Below are positions 1 to 14,090 of a stretch of DNA of 64,000 nt, one piece after another. Location of the stretch: assembly GCF_036321535.1 (NCBI RefSeq), contig NC_087447.1, positions 41,728,001 through 41,792,000 of the forward strand, read 5' to 3'. Positions within the stretch are counted from its first letter, which is position 1. The number at the start of each line of letters is the position of its first letter. The notes under the pieces were generated by a model. It was not told the origin of the DNA. It was given only the letters and a program-made list of their open reading frames with translations, and searched no databases. The stretch comes from Camelus dromedarius. Its lineage: Eukaryota. Made by a program: the position numbers and the translations under genes.

Positions 1-519
1 CCTGTGGCTGAAACTTAGCTAGAGGGGATATGGGGAAATGTGGTTCATATCCCTAGTTAAAACTGAGTCTTCTATCACCACCGCCGCCACCACCATAGCT
101 ATTAGAGGATAACTCACAGTCTGCCATGGGAACCTCCTTATGTTCCTCCTTTCAGTTAAATTCTTCTCCAGCTAGTTCCATGCTGCTACTAGAATAATTT
201 TTTCCAGTAAAATGGTTATGTCACTCTGTGTTTAATCTTTTGGTAGTTTGTCAGTGGCTTCAAATGCATACCTAGGGTGCCTCAAGTTATCTAAGCAGTG
301 TCAGTGGCAGAGGAAATCTGCATGCATTACTTGTATCATGCAATCATGGTGTTTTACATGATGGAGTTTTCTTCTCTATCATAGTGAGTGATGTTCCCTA
401 GTCTTCTACAATGTCAGTGCTCTGTCCTTGGCTGAGAGGTCTCTAATTGTCCAAATAGTGTTTCCTGCTCCATACCTTTGTAGTGAGGATCTGCATGAGA
501 TAGCATAACTGGTTGGTCA

Positions 520-760
520 CAATTGAGCATAAATTCTTGAATCAGAACAACCTGAGTTTAAATTTCTGCTTTACCATCTGCCAAAGTGTGACTATGGGTA
601 TATCATATAACTACTGAGCTCAGTTTATCCTCTGTAAACTTGAAACAATAGTAACAGTAGTACCTGCTTCATAAGATTGTTAGGAAGATTAAATGAGTTT
701 ATAAGGAGAACCTTCTCCCTAGCAGGAAATGCACTCAAAAGTGGCACCTGTTATTTTTTT
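520..760 (+). mobile_element. MIR SINE
   Basis: Core ctcagtttatcctctgtaaa...acctgcttcataagattgttaggaagattaaatgag. Confidence 0.65.
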
Positions 761-997
761 ACAGTTATGTTTATGTATTCTCAATACAATATAATATTCA
801 GGCATGTTTCACAGAATTTCAGCTGGATATTATTTTTATTGCGTTCCCTGGATATTTTGTATTAGTCGGCAGAAGATACAGAAATTTTAACATTTTAAGA
901 AGAGATACCTTGTGTTGATTATTGTGTTGATTATTTTGCTGATTTCTGTATTTGACTGTGACTGAGCTCTTTTAAGACAGGGGCTGTATCCTACTTA

Positions 998-1426
998 GTT
1001 TTTTAAATTGAAGTATAGTTGAGTTTACAATATTGTGTTAGTTTTAGGTATATAACAAAGTGATTGTTTTATACATTTTTTTTAGAGTATTTTTCAGTAT
1101 AGGTTTTCAAGATATTGAAATTGTTCTGTGTTACACAGTAAATCCTTGTTGCTTATCTGTTTTACATATAGTAGTGTGTATAATCCCATACTCCTAATTT
1201 ATTCCTCCCCTACTTTCCCCTTTGGTAACCATAAGGTTGTTTTCTACATTAGTGAGTCTGTTTCTTTTTTGTATATAGATTCATTTGTATTATTTTTTAG
1301 ATTCTACATATAAGTGATATGTAATATTTGTCTTTGACTTACTTCATTTAGTATAATAATCTCTCTAGGTCCATCTGTGTTGCTGCAAATGGCATTATTT
1401 CATACTTTTTATGGCTAAGTAATATT

Positions 1427-1494
<68 letters not shown>

Positions 1495-1578
1495 AAATCA
1501 TATCTTCTTTAAACCAGTAGTCTTTTGATGAGCACTTGAGTTGCTTCCATCTTGGCTGTTGTAAGTGGTGCTGGGATG
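998..1578 (-). mobile_element. 5'-truncated L1 3' end inserted into an L2 3' end (L2 halves at ~950-997 and 1579-1660)
   Basis: ttgaagtatagttgagtttacaatattgtgttag start; L2 tail cctggcacata...aataaatatgtgtagaatgaat resumes afterwards; TSD-like cctact. Confidence 0.8.
1429..1490. repeat. (TG)31 microsatellite
   Basis: Perfect TG run read directly. Confidence 0.97.
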
Positions 1579-4309
1579 CCTACTGATTTTTATATTCCTG
1601 GTGCCAGTAAAATCCTGGCACATAAAAGGCCCATAATAAATATGTGTAGAATGAATATTGAATCAACAGTTTACTTAGGTGGGGTGGCAGCCTAGATGCC
1701 ATCTTTCTCCTGCTTCCATTTTCTCTTTGAACAGGCACCTTCCTATATAATCTTACTAAAAAGAATTTCTGTTATAAATAGGTAGGATCTTTATTATAAC
1801 CACTAAATCACTTATTCCCAGGTTTTTTTTTCCTGATGAGATGCTAACTTTAATTTCCCTGAATTATTTTGATTACTAGGGTTAGAGATGAGGGAGACTA
1901 AGTCACTGTACAAGTTGCTAATGGGAATACAGGGATGATTATGGTTTCTTGCCATTCTTTCTTCATTATAAGGGATACTCTGCAGCCATGAAGGGGGGAG
2001 TGTAGCAGTAGAACCATCTTGGAGTTTGACTATGTAAGATCTCCATGCTGCCTGCTGTTTCCACATGTTCCTTAGTAGACTTTATCTAAGATGGAAGCAC
2101 ATTGATATAAGCACCTTGAATTATCTTGTAGATTTTATTTTTTAATATTAACTTCATAAATCAAGAAAATTTTTTGTAGTCATCATTGTTTTTAAAGACT
2201 TGTTTGGACAACTATTCCAAGTAGTGCCAAAGTTATGTTACTTTTGAATATTACTTTTTTTTTTTTTTCCTTTTTAGATGGATAACTTAGACTGTTCAAG
2301 TATCTTCTCATTTTTCTTATAAGGGTTTTTTTTTTTAATACACTGAACATATTCCAGAGATTTTTATTTCAGCCCATTCCATTCAGTGTGGCATATTCTT
2401 CTTTGTCATCTTTCTAGGTAAAGTAGTTGAATATTCTCTAATATGGTCAAAGGTTTATTTCAGTAAGCACAACAGGTTTTATAGTCTTCACTTTGTAAAC
2501 AGAGAACCTAAAGCCTGTTCAATCAGGTGCTTATTGTAGTTTACACACAGATTAGTAGTAAAAGTCTCCTGATTATTTAATGTTTGTAATTCCAGTAGAA
2601 GTTACTACATTTTTCTTGATAATAGTAATTAACATTTCTGTAGTCTGAACCAGTCATGGTTATCATTCATGTTCTAAGAATACAGTAATCATTCTCTTGG
2701 TCATTAATGCATTGCAGTGAGGACAACCCCTCTAAACAGAAAGTAAATTGTATTTCCAGAATTATGTCAAGACAATTCAGATGAATTGAAAATTCATATG
2801 CTATATTTATTTGAGTGTTTGCTATATCTGATACTTCTAGCTTCATGTTTTTTCTTTTGGGGATGAAATGTGGAATTATTAGATTACTATAAAATATGTA
2901 CTTTTGTCTATACCTAAATGTTGATTTCTTATGCTGATGTATCATTTAAGGGAGGATAATAGACAGTTCTTAAATGTTTTATTATTGGCCTTTTACAGGT
3001 ACAGAGAGAAGCTATCTATAAAGTGACAGGAGATTTTAGGATCCTCAATGTATGTTTATAATTCTTGAAACAATAATATAGCCAAACTTCTTTTAAGATT
3101 AATTAAATGTTGTATTGAACAATGGGAAGATGTTGGTCAATTTTAAAGAATGTCATCACTTTTTATATAAATGTTTTTCCATTTTATATAATCATAAAGT
3201 TATAGATTTCATATAATTTCCTGAGGATACCTTTATCCTCAGATAAAGTTTTGAGACCTCTGGTGCGGTACCTCTTCACAGAATATTTTGAGACAGCATC
3301 AACCGGTTCTTTTTGCACAAGTGACTTTAGTAGTTGAATTCCATGGACATAGGATATTTCTTTAATAATCAAGGACTCAAAAATAATCAAAGACACTTGG
3401 TTACAAGTTATAATGGTTTTTATTTTAGTTTTCAGTATGTATGTGTGCTTGTTACGTATGTATATACAGGTATGTATTTATGTTTTAGTTGACTGATAGA
3501 TTAGTTGTCTTTTGGAAATTATGGCCCATAAAATAATTTATACTTACATAGAAAGAATATCAACAGATCATGGCAGTCTTCTATTTCTACTATCAAGAAG
3601 CATCCTCCAAGAGGCTTACACTCTGTTTTATAAATACAAGACAATGTGTGAAAAGATAACAACATAAAATTGCCAGATAAGTGCTACTGGTAGTAAGACT
3701 GGTGTTCTAGTGTTCAGAAGGCTGAGGGTGATAGCAAAGAGCTCATGGAAGTAACTGATTTTGAGTTAAATCTTGAAGAATTGGGCAAGTTTTTTTCCCC
3801 CTACATTTGTGTACGAAAAATTTCAAACTGCAGTCGAGTTGAAAGTAGTTTAGAGTGAATGCCATATGCCTACTACCTACACTGTACAATTAAAATTTTA
3901 CTATACCTATTTTGTCACATTAATTCATCTGTTTGTTTCTCTGTCATCCATTTATCCATCTTTTTTGGGGGGCATTTCAAAGTAAATTGTTGATATTAGC
4001 ATATTCCCCCAACTAGTTTGGTATGCCATCTTTTTAATTTTGGGGCATTCTGGGATGTGTAAAGTATCTTATTGTGGTTTTAATTTCTAGGGTTCTCTGG
4101 TGATAAATGATACTGCTTATTTTTTCTTGTGCTTATTGATGAAGTGTCAGTTCAAATCATTTGTCCATATCAAAATTGGATTGTTTGTAATTTTGTTATT
4201 GAGTTGTTACTTTATATGTAGTAGTGCTCAAGTGTTAGCTCCTTCTCCTATACCAAATTGTGCCTTTAGTGGACACAGATTTAATTACTTGTGAAAGATA
4301 GTTAATCTT

Positions 4310-4439
4310 TGTTTAAAAAAATTTTTTACAGGGTTAATTAGATTTATTTATTTATTTTTCACCAGAGGTACTGAGGATTGAACCCAGGACTTTGTGCATG
4401 ATAACAATGCACTCTACCACTGAGCTGTACCCTCCCCCC
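4310..4439 (-). mobile_element. tRNA-derived camelid-type SINE (Vic-1-like)
   Basis: Reverse complement gives gggggagggtacagctcagtggtagag...gtcctgggttcaatcctcagtacctc (A and B boxes) plus an A-rich tail; perfect 16-bp TSD aaagatagttaatctt at 4294-4309 and 4440-4455. Confidence 0.88.
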
Positions 4440-5249
4440 AAAGATAGTTAATCTTATTGAAATAATATATAGTTTCATTTTTATTAACACATTGTGGGTG
4501 GTGGTGGAAAGTTAATAAAAATAATTGTGGGGTTTAAAATTTTTGATATAATTTCTCAAATTGATCTAACTAATTTCTTTGCTGTCAAATAGAACCCAAA
4601 TTATTAGAGTAAAGGAGGAGGATGTAAATAAATAATTATTAAAATAGCTCTGAATTATTCCTAGGAGGTAGATAACTATCTAAATATATGAAGTGCATCT
4701 AATACAAACCAGACATTAATGGGGTTAAAAACACAGTAAATGATGGTGAGATCACTTTGGATTTGAAATTATTTGTTATTAAAGGACCTCAACAGAAGCT
4801 ATGCATTTGTTCCCTATGTATTTCTTGTTACTATAGCAGGTCTGTGTATTGATTCCAGATATAATAATCTTTGGATAAAAGAAATAATATTTTATAAAAT
4901 AGTTTATTTTGTTGTCCTTTAAAAGTTGTCATGTTTTGGAATCTTTAAAAATGTTGATGCTTTAGATAAGGTATATCTGGTATTGATGTAACATTTTTAT
5001 CCTGCTGTAAAAAAAATCATTTCAAGATCAAAGGTATTTTCAGAGTATTTGATATTATTAGTTTTGCAAAAGGTACAAAGGGTGAGAGATTCTCTAGAGT
5101 TAAGACATTGTGGTTAGTGTACTAGTAAATTTAAAAAACCAATTATTTATCAGATTTTTACATCTGGAAATATTTTTTCATCTTTCTTAGTTATGGTCTA
5201 AAGACAAGATTTTTTTGTTGGAAAAGGGAAAAGAAGTACATGCAAAGTA

Positions 5250-5485
5250 ATGGTATTGATAGCTAACGTTTATTTAGTGTTCTCTGTGTACAAAGCACTT
5301 AACAAACATCTCATTTAATCCTTACAGCCTGGTGGAGATACTCTCATTATTTCCAATTTACAGATGGGAATTGAAGGCTTTAGGTAACTTGTCCAAAGTT
5401 GTGCATCTTACAGCACAGAACCTGTATTTCAGTCCCAAAAAATTTAACTCTACAGTCTTATAATACCTGAGCTGTACCACTTCAT
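5250..5485 (-). mobile_element. MIR SINE
   Basis: atagctaacgtttatttagtg...ctcatttaatccttaca...tttacagatgggaa. Confidence 0.65.
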
Positions 5486-6114
5486 TTTAGTGAAAATTAT
5501 CAAACTTTCCTCATTTGAATTTAAATAAGATTGGTTACAAGGAAAAGAAAGCTACTCAAGCTAGTTTAGTCAAGAAGGGATTATTATAAGGGTACAACAA
5601 GGATCCCATAGAAATCAAAAAACTTGGTTCACAGGAGCTAGAGCAAGCCACAGAGGCTGGCACATGGCGTGAATGTTGCATACCTTCTCTGTTCTGCTCC
5701 CCCTCTTTTCTTTGTTGGCTAGTTCCTTTGCTCCCTAGTAGTTTCCTATTCCTTTGTGATCTTCACTGGCTGTCCTGCTGCTGCTGTATTGCTCTTCCAG
5801 CCCCTCTACTTTATTGTTTGCTTCCCATTTTGGAGGGTAAATCACATGGGCCCATTTCTCCTTTTTGAGGCAGACCACGTAAGTGAATGGGTTGTTCTTT
5901 TGGTACCTATTCTGTCCATTCATTTCTGAACAGATGTAAAGGCACATGATCCGAAACATGGCCACTGGCCCTCTGCATGGGCATGACATTTTCACCCGGA
6001 AGTGAGATATGGGTCAGTGAGTATCATAAGATGTACCAATAACTAACTGACCTAGTTTAGGTGAAACTATCAAAGGTGTTTTTTTTTTTTTTTTTTTACT
6101 AGATAAATATTTTC

Positions 6115-6375
6115 TAAGGTGCCTTCCACAAAACACTTTTTGTTAGTAGCCTGTGAAGAGTGGTAACTTTAGCTAAATAGATATGGAAAACTCTGCTTAA
6201 TGTGTTTACTTCTTGGAGATTCACAATATGGATTGGCATATTAAAAATTCTGAGAATCCCTACAGTATGGAAGTTTGGTGAGCTCTTTAATATACCATTT
6301 CCCACAGTTATTTGGTCACAGAACTCTTACTGTGTGATAGATATCTCACTGAGCAGTGTTTTGGGAAGCATTGCA
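6115..6375. mobile_element. hAT-Charlie DNA transposon remnant (Charlie4-like)
   Basis: ggagattcacaatat...gcatattaaaaattctgagaa...catttcccacagttatttggtcacagaac. Confidence 0.5.
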
Positions 6376-6469
6376 TTAGAGAATGTTAGGGGGTTTTCTT
6401 TTGGTGGGGGATAGGATTACTTAGTTTTTAAAAATACTATTGGTAATTCTACCTGGAAGTCATTGACAG

Positions 6470-6660
6470 TAGAGGACGTTGTTAAAAACACAGGCTTTGG
6501 CATTACATAGATAGGATTTGAATTTTAGCTTTGCTGTTTATTAGATGTGATTTTGGATAAGAACTTAAACTTTCTGGGTCTCAGTTTGATAATCTGTGAT
6601 GTTTCCTGTCAGGTGCTTAGCCCAGTGCCTGACACAGAAAATGCTTAATAAATGGTGATC
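6470..6660 (+). mobile_element. MIR SINE
   Basis: ggatttgaattttagctttgctgtttattagatgtga...ctcagttt. Confidence 0.6.
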
Positions 6661-8921
6661 TGTAAAATTACCTGTGTTTCTACTAGAAAATGTTTGGGTG
6701 TACCAGTTAGGGCAATCATTCTTCTATAATTGGAAATTAACTTACATCTGAATAGTTTTATCTAGCATAACTCATGTGTTAAACTTCATTTTAGGGTAAA
6801 TATGGGTTCAAAGGAGAATCTCAATTCACAGAAAAGGTATCAATAGGAGAGAGGCTATTAAATATTCTACACCCAGGAGTAGAATGTATGGGGGTTTTGT
6901 GAGGTGAGGTTGTTGTTTGAGATCTGCTATATAGGAGTATGTGTGTAGGGGATGACAATATGATGAGAAAGTATGCTCTAGAGATGGTGGGCCAGACTTT
7001 TAAGTCTGAATTTGTCTAATGATGCTTTGATTTTTAAACCAAATATATATGGACAAACAGTGCTCTGAGTGTTAGTGACAGTTACAACCCATTTCTGAAA
7101 AAAGCAGCTCTAAGGGCTTGCATCACTTGTTACACTTTGTATCTATCGTGAGTACCCTCCATTTTGCCACAATTAATTGGACCAGGGATGTACATGCAGA
7201 CTGTTGGCTTGTAAATTAGCCTGACTTGAGCACTGTCCAGTAGTTGTCTTCCAAAATGATGAACTTAACTCAGTCTGATCGTCTTCCTTAGGGAATTTGA
7301 ATATGAGACAGCGAAGAAGGCAGTAAGCAGAAGCTGCAGGACATTAGAAACCATGTAGTAGAGAGAGCTGTCATGGTGAAAAGTAAAACATACGTGTTTC
7401 ATTGAGAAGTGAGGCCTGATTGTAGAGTTTTCATGTGCTTCCACACTACCCTACTTATTCTTGCACTAAACTCTTAATTTGAAGTAATTTAAATGAATCT
7501 GCATATAGTTCTGGCAATCAGAAAGAGCCCATCTTGCTTAGTACTACCTCCCACATTCTTTAAGTAAAGCACAGTTATTCACTTAGTTGGTATAAATTGG
7601 ACCATCTGATTAGCTGGGTGGGAGAAACAGGACCTTTGTGGCATTATTGACCGGGGCATGTAATGACAGTTGTGCTTTTTTTTTTTTTTTTTTTTTTTGA
7701 CATAGTTGCCTTGTATTGGGGTGAAGAGACCTGGGTTTAGGGCTCTGCCATCCATTAGCTATGCATGATCTTAGGTAATTCTCTTAATTTCTTTTAAAAC
7801 ATCAGAGAGAGAGAGAGATTTCATTCTATAATTTGAATTAGTTAAGCTTTTTTTTTTTTAAGGGCTCATAAAAGAGACTTAGTAAACTTGGTCATTGTTC
7901 ACAGCATTTAGAAATGGTTAGAGATGGCAATAAATCTGAAAGGTGAGAGGAAATAATATGGTCAGTCTGAGTAAACATTAAAATATTGATGCAGCTTAAC
8001 TTGGAAAGTCTAATAGTTTTCAGCATTACTCTTGTTTGTGAAAAAGGAATGTCTGGGGGATGATATATCTTCACAGATGTGACATTAACTTATTTACTTT
8101 TGCTTCCCTGTATTTCTGTTTTTCCTCCTTTATTTATATTTCAAATATTTCTAATCATTTCCTCTAAAAAGCTGGACAAAACAGGTACATTTGTTTTTCA
8201 GTCCATGCTTACCTAGGCTTAGAGTCAACCTGATAAGGGAGCAAAACACCAGATGTCTATTTTTGATGGAGAATCTTAATCAATGAATTATCTCAAATTA
8301 TTGATAAACTAAATTATGCTATTATTCAGTATAGTAATATCTTAGGTCAATAGTAATTCTTACCTTTATGAGAAAAATTGTTCCTTTTATCAAAAAAAAT
8401 TGTAGAGTTACCCTGAAGTAGTTATGTTGCTCTTAATATTGGTAGATTAATATTTAAGTATTGGTAGATTGTGTGATTTAGGGATTCTTTGCCATAACTT
8501 TGTATTTCCCCGCAGAATCAGGAGCAAAGCCTGGAATGAAAAGAAGTTTTTTAAAAAATATTGTAAGCAGTTAAAATCAGTGTCTTAAAAAAAGACTATG
8601 CACTAATGGCAGACAGGGCTTGCTTTGATTTTATATAATTCTTACCGCTGTTTGTTAAATCAGCAACCCCCGTCCCCTACCGAAAAAAAGGACAAGTTTT
8701 CAGAACCAGACTTTGTGGCTCTATCTACTTCCTTTGCTCTCATTCTTTAAAAAATTTTTAATCAAATTATATATGCACATAGTTTAAATCAGTTGGTTCT
8801 ATGAGGCTTATTACAAGAACCAGTATTCCTCTCCATTACTGTCTCATCCCCCTATCAGTTGTTCTCTTCCCCGGGGGCAAACCCTGGAACTTTTACAGCT
8901 GATTCTTTTTACACTTGCTGC

Positions 8922-9369
8922 ATGTGGCTGAGGCTGCTAGTTGTCCTTCCGTATGTTTTTCCCTCTTTCAGTAATGGACCCTTTGTTTTTTAGCTAGGTA
9001 CATGGCTACGTGGAGTAAAAACATGTCCCATTTTTCTTGTAGCTAATTGTGGTGATGTGATTAAGTACTGAACAGTAAGTCAGATGGGACTTCTGGGAGG
9101 TGTTTCTAAGAGGAAGGAATATGACCTTCATTATTACTTTTCTTTCCTACTGATTAGAAAGGTAGATGTTATAGTTAGAACTTGAGCAGCAATCTTAGAC
9201 AAGGAAGTAAAAGATATATATGTAAGATTGTAGAATGAAAAGATAATTATGGACCTTAGCCCTAGATTATTTCATTTATGTGGAAGGGAAAAAAACTTCC
9301 ATTTTTTTAAAGCTGCTGTTGCTAGAGGTTTCCATTCACTTGCAGCCCAACCTAACCCTAACTGATATA
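8922..9369 (+). mobile_element. MaLR LTR (MLT1J-like) inside an old L1M
   Basis: TG start; end ttcacttgcagcccaacctaaccctaactgatata typical of MLT1J. Confidence 0.6.
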
Positions 9370-9849
9370 CCTCCATGTCTCTAAATAAACCTCAGATTAC
9401 TATTTTTTGATTAAAAATAATAGACTATTTCTTGACTTCCCTTCATGACAATTGGGATTGACTTTCACCTAACCTATTACACTTGCCTGCACAGACACAC
9501 TTTGTACGTACCTGGCATCTTCCCAGAATGTTACATTATAATTTTGGCTAAGTCAGTGTGCAGTGCTTTCATCTTGGTTATGTAAATGAACTTTATAATT
9601 ATCTTTTTTCTTATTTGTTTTCTTAGTTTTGTATTGCTTATCATTAATTTAAAACCAACTAATTCTGCCAATTATTTAAAATTTTCTGTTACCTTTATCT
9701 TCTTGAAGATCTCTCTCCTTAGGCCTACTGAGGTGCTTTATGTATTAATTGCTCTATATGATGCACCACTGTTATCCTGGCATTTTTCTTCCCCATCATT
9801 CTGAAGATTCCCTTTTTTCTCTTCTGTTGGACCTCTTTATTTCTGACTC

Positions 9850-11200
9850 TTACCTCTTCCTTCTTGTTTTTTTCTCTTAATTTTATTGGAGTGTATCTTA
9901 CAGTAGCATCTTAAGAAAAAGGGTACAAAGGAAGGTAACATTCCTGAGGACTTGCATGTCTGAAATGTTTTTATTCTAGATTGATAATTTGAATTGGCTA
10001 GCAATCATTTTCGCTTAGAAGTTTGAAGTTTTTGACCCATTGTCCTTTAGATTTCAAGATTGCTGAGAATCCAGTGGTACTCTGATTCCTGGTCTTTTGT
10101 ATGGTACTCAGTTTCTCTTCCCTTAAAGCTTTCGGGATTTAAAAAATTTATTCCTGATTTCTGAAATTTCATGCCTTGAAGTAGCTCTTCTTGTATTCAT
10201 TATGCTAGCCATTCAGTGAGCTTTTCCAAACTGGAAACTTACATCTTGCCATTCTCTACTGTCTGTAGTCTCTTTCTGAAACTCCTGTTTTTATCTCTTC
10301 AGGTTTTCCTTGATGTTGTTTTTGTTTTATTGATGTCTACCCTTTTTCTTCCATCTCTTTTTTATTTCCACTACCATTAAAAATATTTCAACAGCTTTTT
10401 TTGTCTCTAAATTTTTTCCATACATTTTTGTTTTTGTTTTTTATGGATGTAGTGTCTTCCTATGTCTCTAAAGATATTACTGACTTAAAAAATGTTTTTA
10501 TTTCCCCAAACAAGTCTTCTAGTCCCCGCCACTCCCCCACTTTGCTCTGGTTTTGACCTTCCATGTTAGAAGCTTTCCTTAGCTTCCTCATGATCTTGTT
10601 TTGTGCCCATTGCTTTGGACTGTGGGCTTCACTGTTACATGATCTTGCTGCAATTGGGTTGGTAACCTCCCTTGATCTTTTATCTTGGGTTTGTCAGATT
10701 TCCCGAAAAGGATCTTCCCATCTCCTGACTGCCAGAACCTTGGGAGCCACGAAGGGAAAGATTGTTTGGGGTTGCAGCATTCACTTTGTGACTTTTAAAC
10801 CATTCCCTCTCTTTTCATTTTGATATCCTTACTTTCAATTGCTAAGTATCTCCATTGGCCAGTTACCCTCTCTTTTATTTTTTCCTGATATTAAGCCTCC
10901 ACTCTTCTACTGGGTTGGAGCAAGGACAGTCACCTAGGTATATAAGAAGAGGGTCTGGGGATCTGATTGCTTTTTAAGTTGGCTTTCGTATAGTTTCTAC
11001 CCACCCTTCACTTCTAGAAGTATCTAGTACTGCTGATCTTGGTTCTGCTAGAGCTTATTGAGTGTCCTAAAGTATAAATTGGGTAGCTTATTGTCTTTCT
11101 CTCTAGTGGTTTAGGATTTAGAGTTCTGAGGTGAACTAATTCAGCTAAATTTATCCAGCTGCTTTTCAAATTCTAAACTTGTGTTTTATCCTCTATTTTT
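9850..11200 (-). mobile_element. Ancient L1M ORF1/5' region remnant
   Basis: gacttgcatgtctgaaatg...ttgctgagaatccagtgg...ctgattcct pattern of antisense L1 ORF1. Confidence 0.5.
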
Positions 11201-11887
11201 TCCTTTCTCTCTCTGGCTGCATTGCTAATTATTGTTTCTTTGGTAGCGCCTCTCTATTTTAAAACTTTGAAACAAAAAAAAAATCAACTGCAAGTATAAT
11301 AATTTTATTTGCTTATTGACTATAATACCCAATCAAGTTTCTTTAAAATCATTTAAAAATTTCAGAATTTCCTGGATGTTAATTATTTTGCAAGATTTGT
11401 TTGCTTTGTAAAAATGAAATGTCAACTCTTAAAAGAGGTGTTTAAATATTAAGATAATGTTTCTTAAAATAAGAAAACAACTGAAAAATGTGTGTATGTA
11501 TATATACTTTGCTTTATAGGCTAGGGCTTATACTATTTTTCTTTCTTTTCCATTATAGTCGTAACAAAATGATATTCTCCAAATTTTTTCTCTGTAAGCT
11601 CTTAGTCCTACCCCTTGGCTAAGCCAGGTAGACATTAAACCAGAAGAGAAAGGGATTCTGGTTAAAAAAAAAAAAGTTTAGTAATAATCATTAAAAAAAA
11701 GTGAGATATTTCTTTCTTTCATTCAGCAGATATTTACTGAATACCTGTTATGTGCTAGTAGTGCGTAAAATGAACATGGTCCCTGCCCTTATGGAGTTTA
11801 TTGTCAGTTTGAGAGACATTAAAAAAAGTCTTGAATAACCATTGCCTATAATGGCAAACTATGTTAATGTTTATAAATACTGTAAAC

Positions 11888-12228
11888 AATGTGTGTTTCA
11901 AATTTTAATATGTATATGCATCACCTGTAGATTTGTCAAAAATCTGATTCAGTAAGTCTGAGTTGGTGTGAGATTCTGCATTTTTCTTTAAAAAATTAAC
12001 TTTTTTGAGGTATGCTTTTTACATATAAAATTCACACATTTTAGGTGTAAAAATCAACTTTTGTTATACAGTACATATCTCTCTTCTTTCTTCTCTCTTT
12101 CTCACTCTATCCATCCACTTATCTAGCTCATTGTTATAACTGCCCTAAAGATCTAAATTGAACATTTTTAACAAGTTCCAGGTTATGCTGATGATGCTGT
12201 TCTGAGGACCATATTTTGAGTAGCAAGG
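11888..12228. mobile_element. MER5A hAT MITE interrupted by an L1 3' fragment (~11986-12168)
   Basis: ctgattcagtaagtctg...attctgcatttt [insert] taacaagttccaggttatgctgatg...ggaccatattttgagtagcaagg. Confidence 0.65.
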
Positions 12229-12619
12229 CTGTAATTATCAATTCAGACTTCAATCCCCAGAACTGATATAACTCAGTATTATATCAGTAGAAACTCTGGT
12301 TTGATTTTTACTTTAAAAATGATGGTGATCATGTTTGTACATTTAATAATGTTGTTGAATGGAAAGTGAAGCCTTATGAATTAAAAATATATCAAAGTTA
12401 GTGAAAACCTGTCTTATTCCTGCCTCCCAGCTACCCTTTAGAGAGCCATTTCCTGTGTCCTTTCACAGATATTCTATAAATAGAGTAATTACATATTTAC
12501 TTATTTAATTTTTATTTTAAAAAAAATTTTTGTATCACTTTTGTCCATACTTTTGCATTTAATATCATTAGATCATGAGCTCCCACAAGATTTTCCAAAT
12601 GCTTCCAACATTATATTTT

Positions 12620-12997
12620 AACACCTTTATTGTGGTATGATTCCATACAGTAAACTACACATATTTCATATGTACAAATTGATAAATTTTGATAGATGTA
12701 TACACCAAGTAAAACCACCACCACAATCAAGTTAACTAACATTTCCATCACTCCCCAAGAGGTGCAAATTTCAAATTCACATTTTATCCCTTCCCACCCC
12801 CTTCCCCCCGCCGCCCCCTGTAACCATAAGTTTGTTTTCTATGTCTATGAGTCTGCTTTTGTTTTGTAGATAAGTTCGTTTGTGTCCTTCTTTTTCAGAT
12901 TCCACACATTAGTGGTATCATATGGTATTTTCCTTTCTCTTTCTGACTTACTTCACTTAGAATGACAATCTCCAGGTCCATCCATGTTGCTGCAAAG
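12620..12997 (-). mobile_element. Two juxtaposed L1 3'-end fragments
   Basis: tttattgtggtatgattcc...; gtaaccataagtttgttttctatgtc...ccatccatgttgctgcaaa. Confidence 0.65.
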
Positions 12998-13377
12998 GAG
13001 TAATTATGTATTTATATTCTCCATTTACCTCCTTTTTACACACATGTTTGCAGTTCTAGAGACCTGCTTTTTTCTTTGGTTTTTTAAATTATCTTTTGCT
13101 TTGTACTTCTTTTAAAAATTGAAGTAAAATTTAGATAGAATGAAATGCACACAGTATAAGTGTACAATTTGCATTTTAACAAATAAATACACCCTTGTAA
13201 TGTAAATCTCAATCAAGACCTTGATGCTTAGCTTGGACAGGGTTCTGGCATGCTTATTTCGATGTTTGTAATTCTATAATCAAGCCAGGATTTAATGACA
13301 GATTAGTGAATTGCTATCCTATTGTACATAGGACTGTTAGATGCTTTTGAGATGTCATCAACTTACTTGAAAAAAAA

Positions 13378-13712
13378 AACTTTAACTTTTAGAGCAGTTT
13401 TAGGTTCATAGCAAATTGAGGGGAAAGTACAGAGTTCCCATATGTCTTCTATCCCGACATGTACAGCCTCCCCCACTATCAATATCCAGCACCAGAGTAG
13501 GGCATTTGTTATAGTTGATGAACCTACACTGACAGATCATTATCACCCAAAGTCTATAGTTCACGTTAGGGTTCACTCCTGGTGTTGTACATTCTATGGG
13601 TTTTGACAAATACATAATGACTTGTATCTGTCATTATAGTATCATACAGAATAGCTTCACTGCTCTAAAAATCCTTTGTGTTCATCTATTCATCCCTTCC
13701 CTCTCTCCTGAC
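13378..13712 (-). mobile_element. L1MC-like 3' end
   Basis: ttttagagcagttttaggttcatagcaaattgagggg...tcattatcacccaaagtctatagttcacgttagggttcactc. Confidence 0.75.
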
Positions 13713-14090
13713 TCACACACATTCTTGATATTAGAGTAAAACATTTGCAGGGGTCAAAATACCTACTTCAACTAACATCTCAAATAAAATAATAAAAGTC
13801 TTCTGCATATTTGTTTTTAATATAACAATCTTTTTTCCCTCTGAAGATTCAATCTTTATTTTGATACAAAAAAAAAAAAAACCCCAAAACAAAACCTTTT
13901 AACCTGTAAAAAGTGTCACTTGTTTTCATATTGTTGTAGAGCAGTATTTCCTAAATCTCATCCTATATGTACCTGTAGAAGAATCCAAGGGAGTATATAA
14001 ATGAAAGACAGATGTTTGTATTGAGGTGCCAAAGTTAGTTTTATATTTGGATCTTTGATGAATAATATTGCTATATCAGTATTAAATAAT

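Noticed and set aside
8437..8470. 12-bp direct repeat tattggtagatt (similar tandem at 911-934)
   Set aside because: Two-copy local slippage duplications; no array or spacer structure, not CRISPR-like
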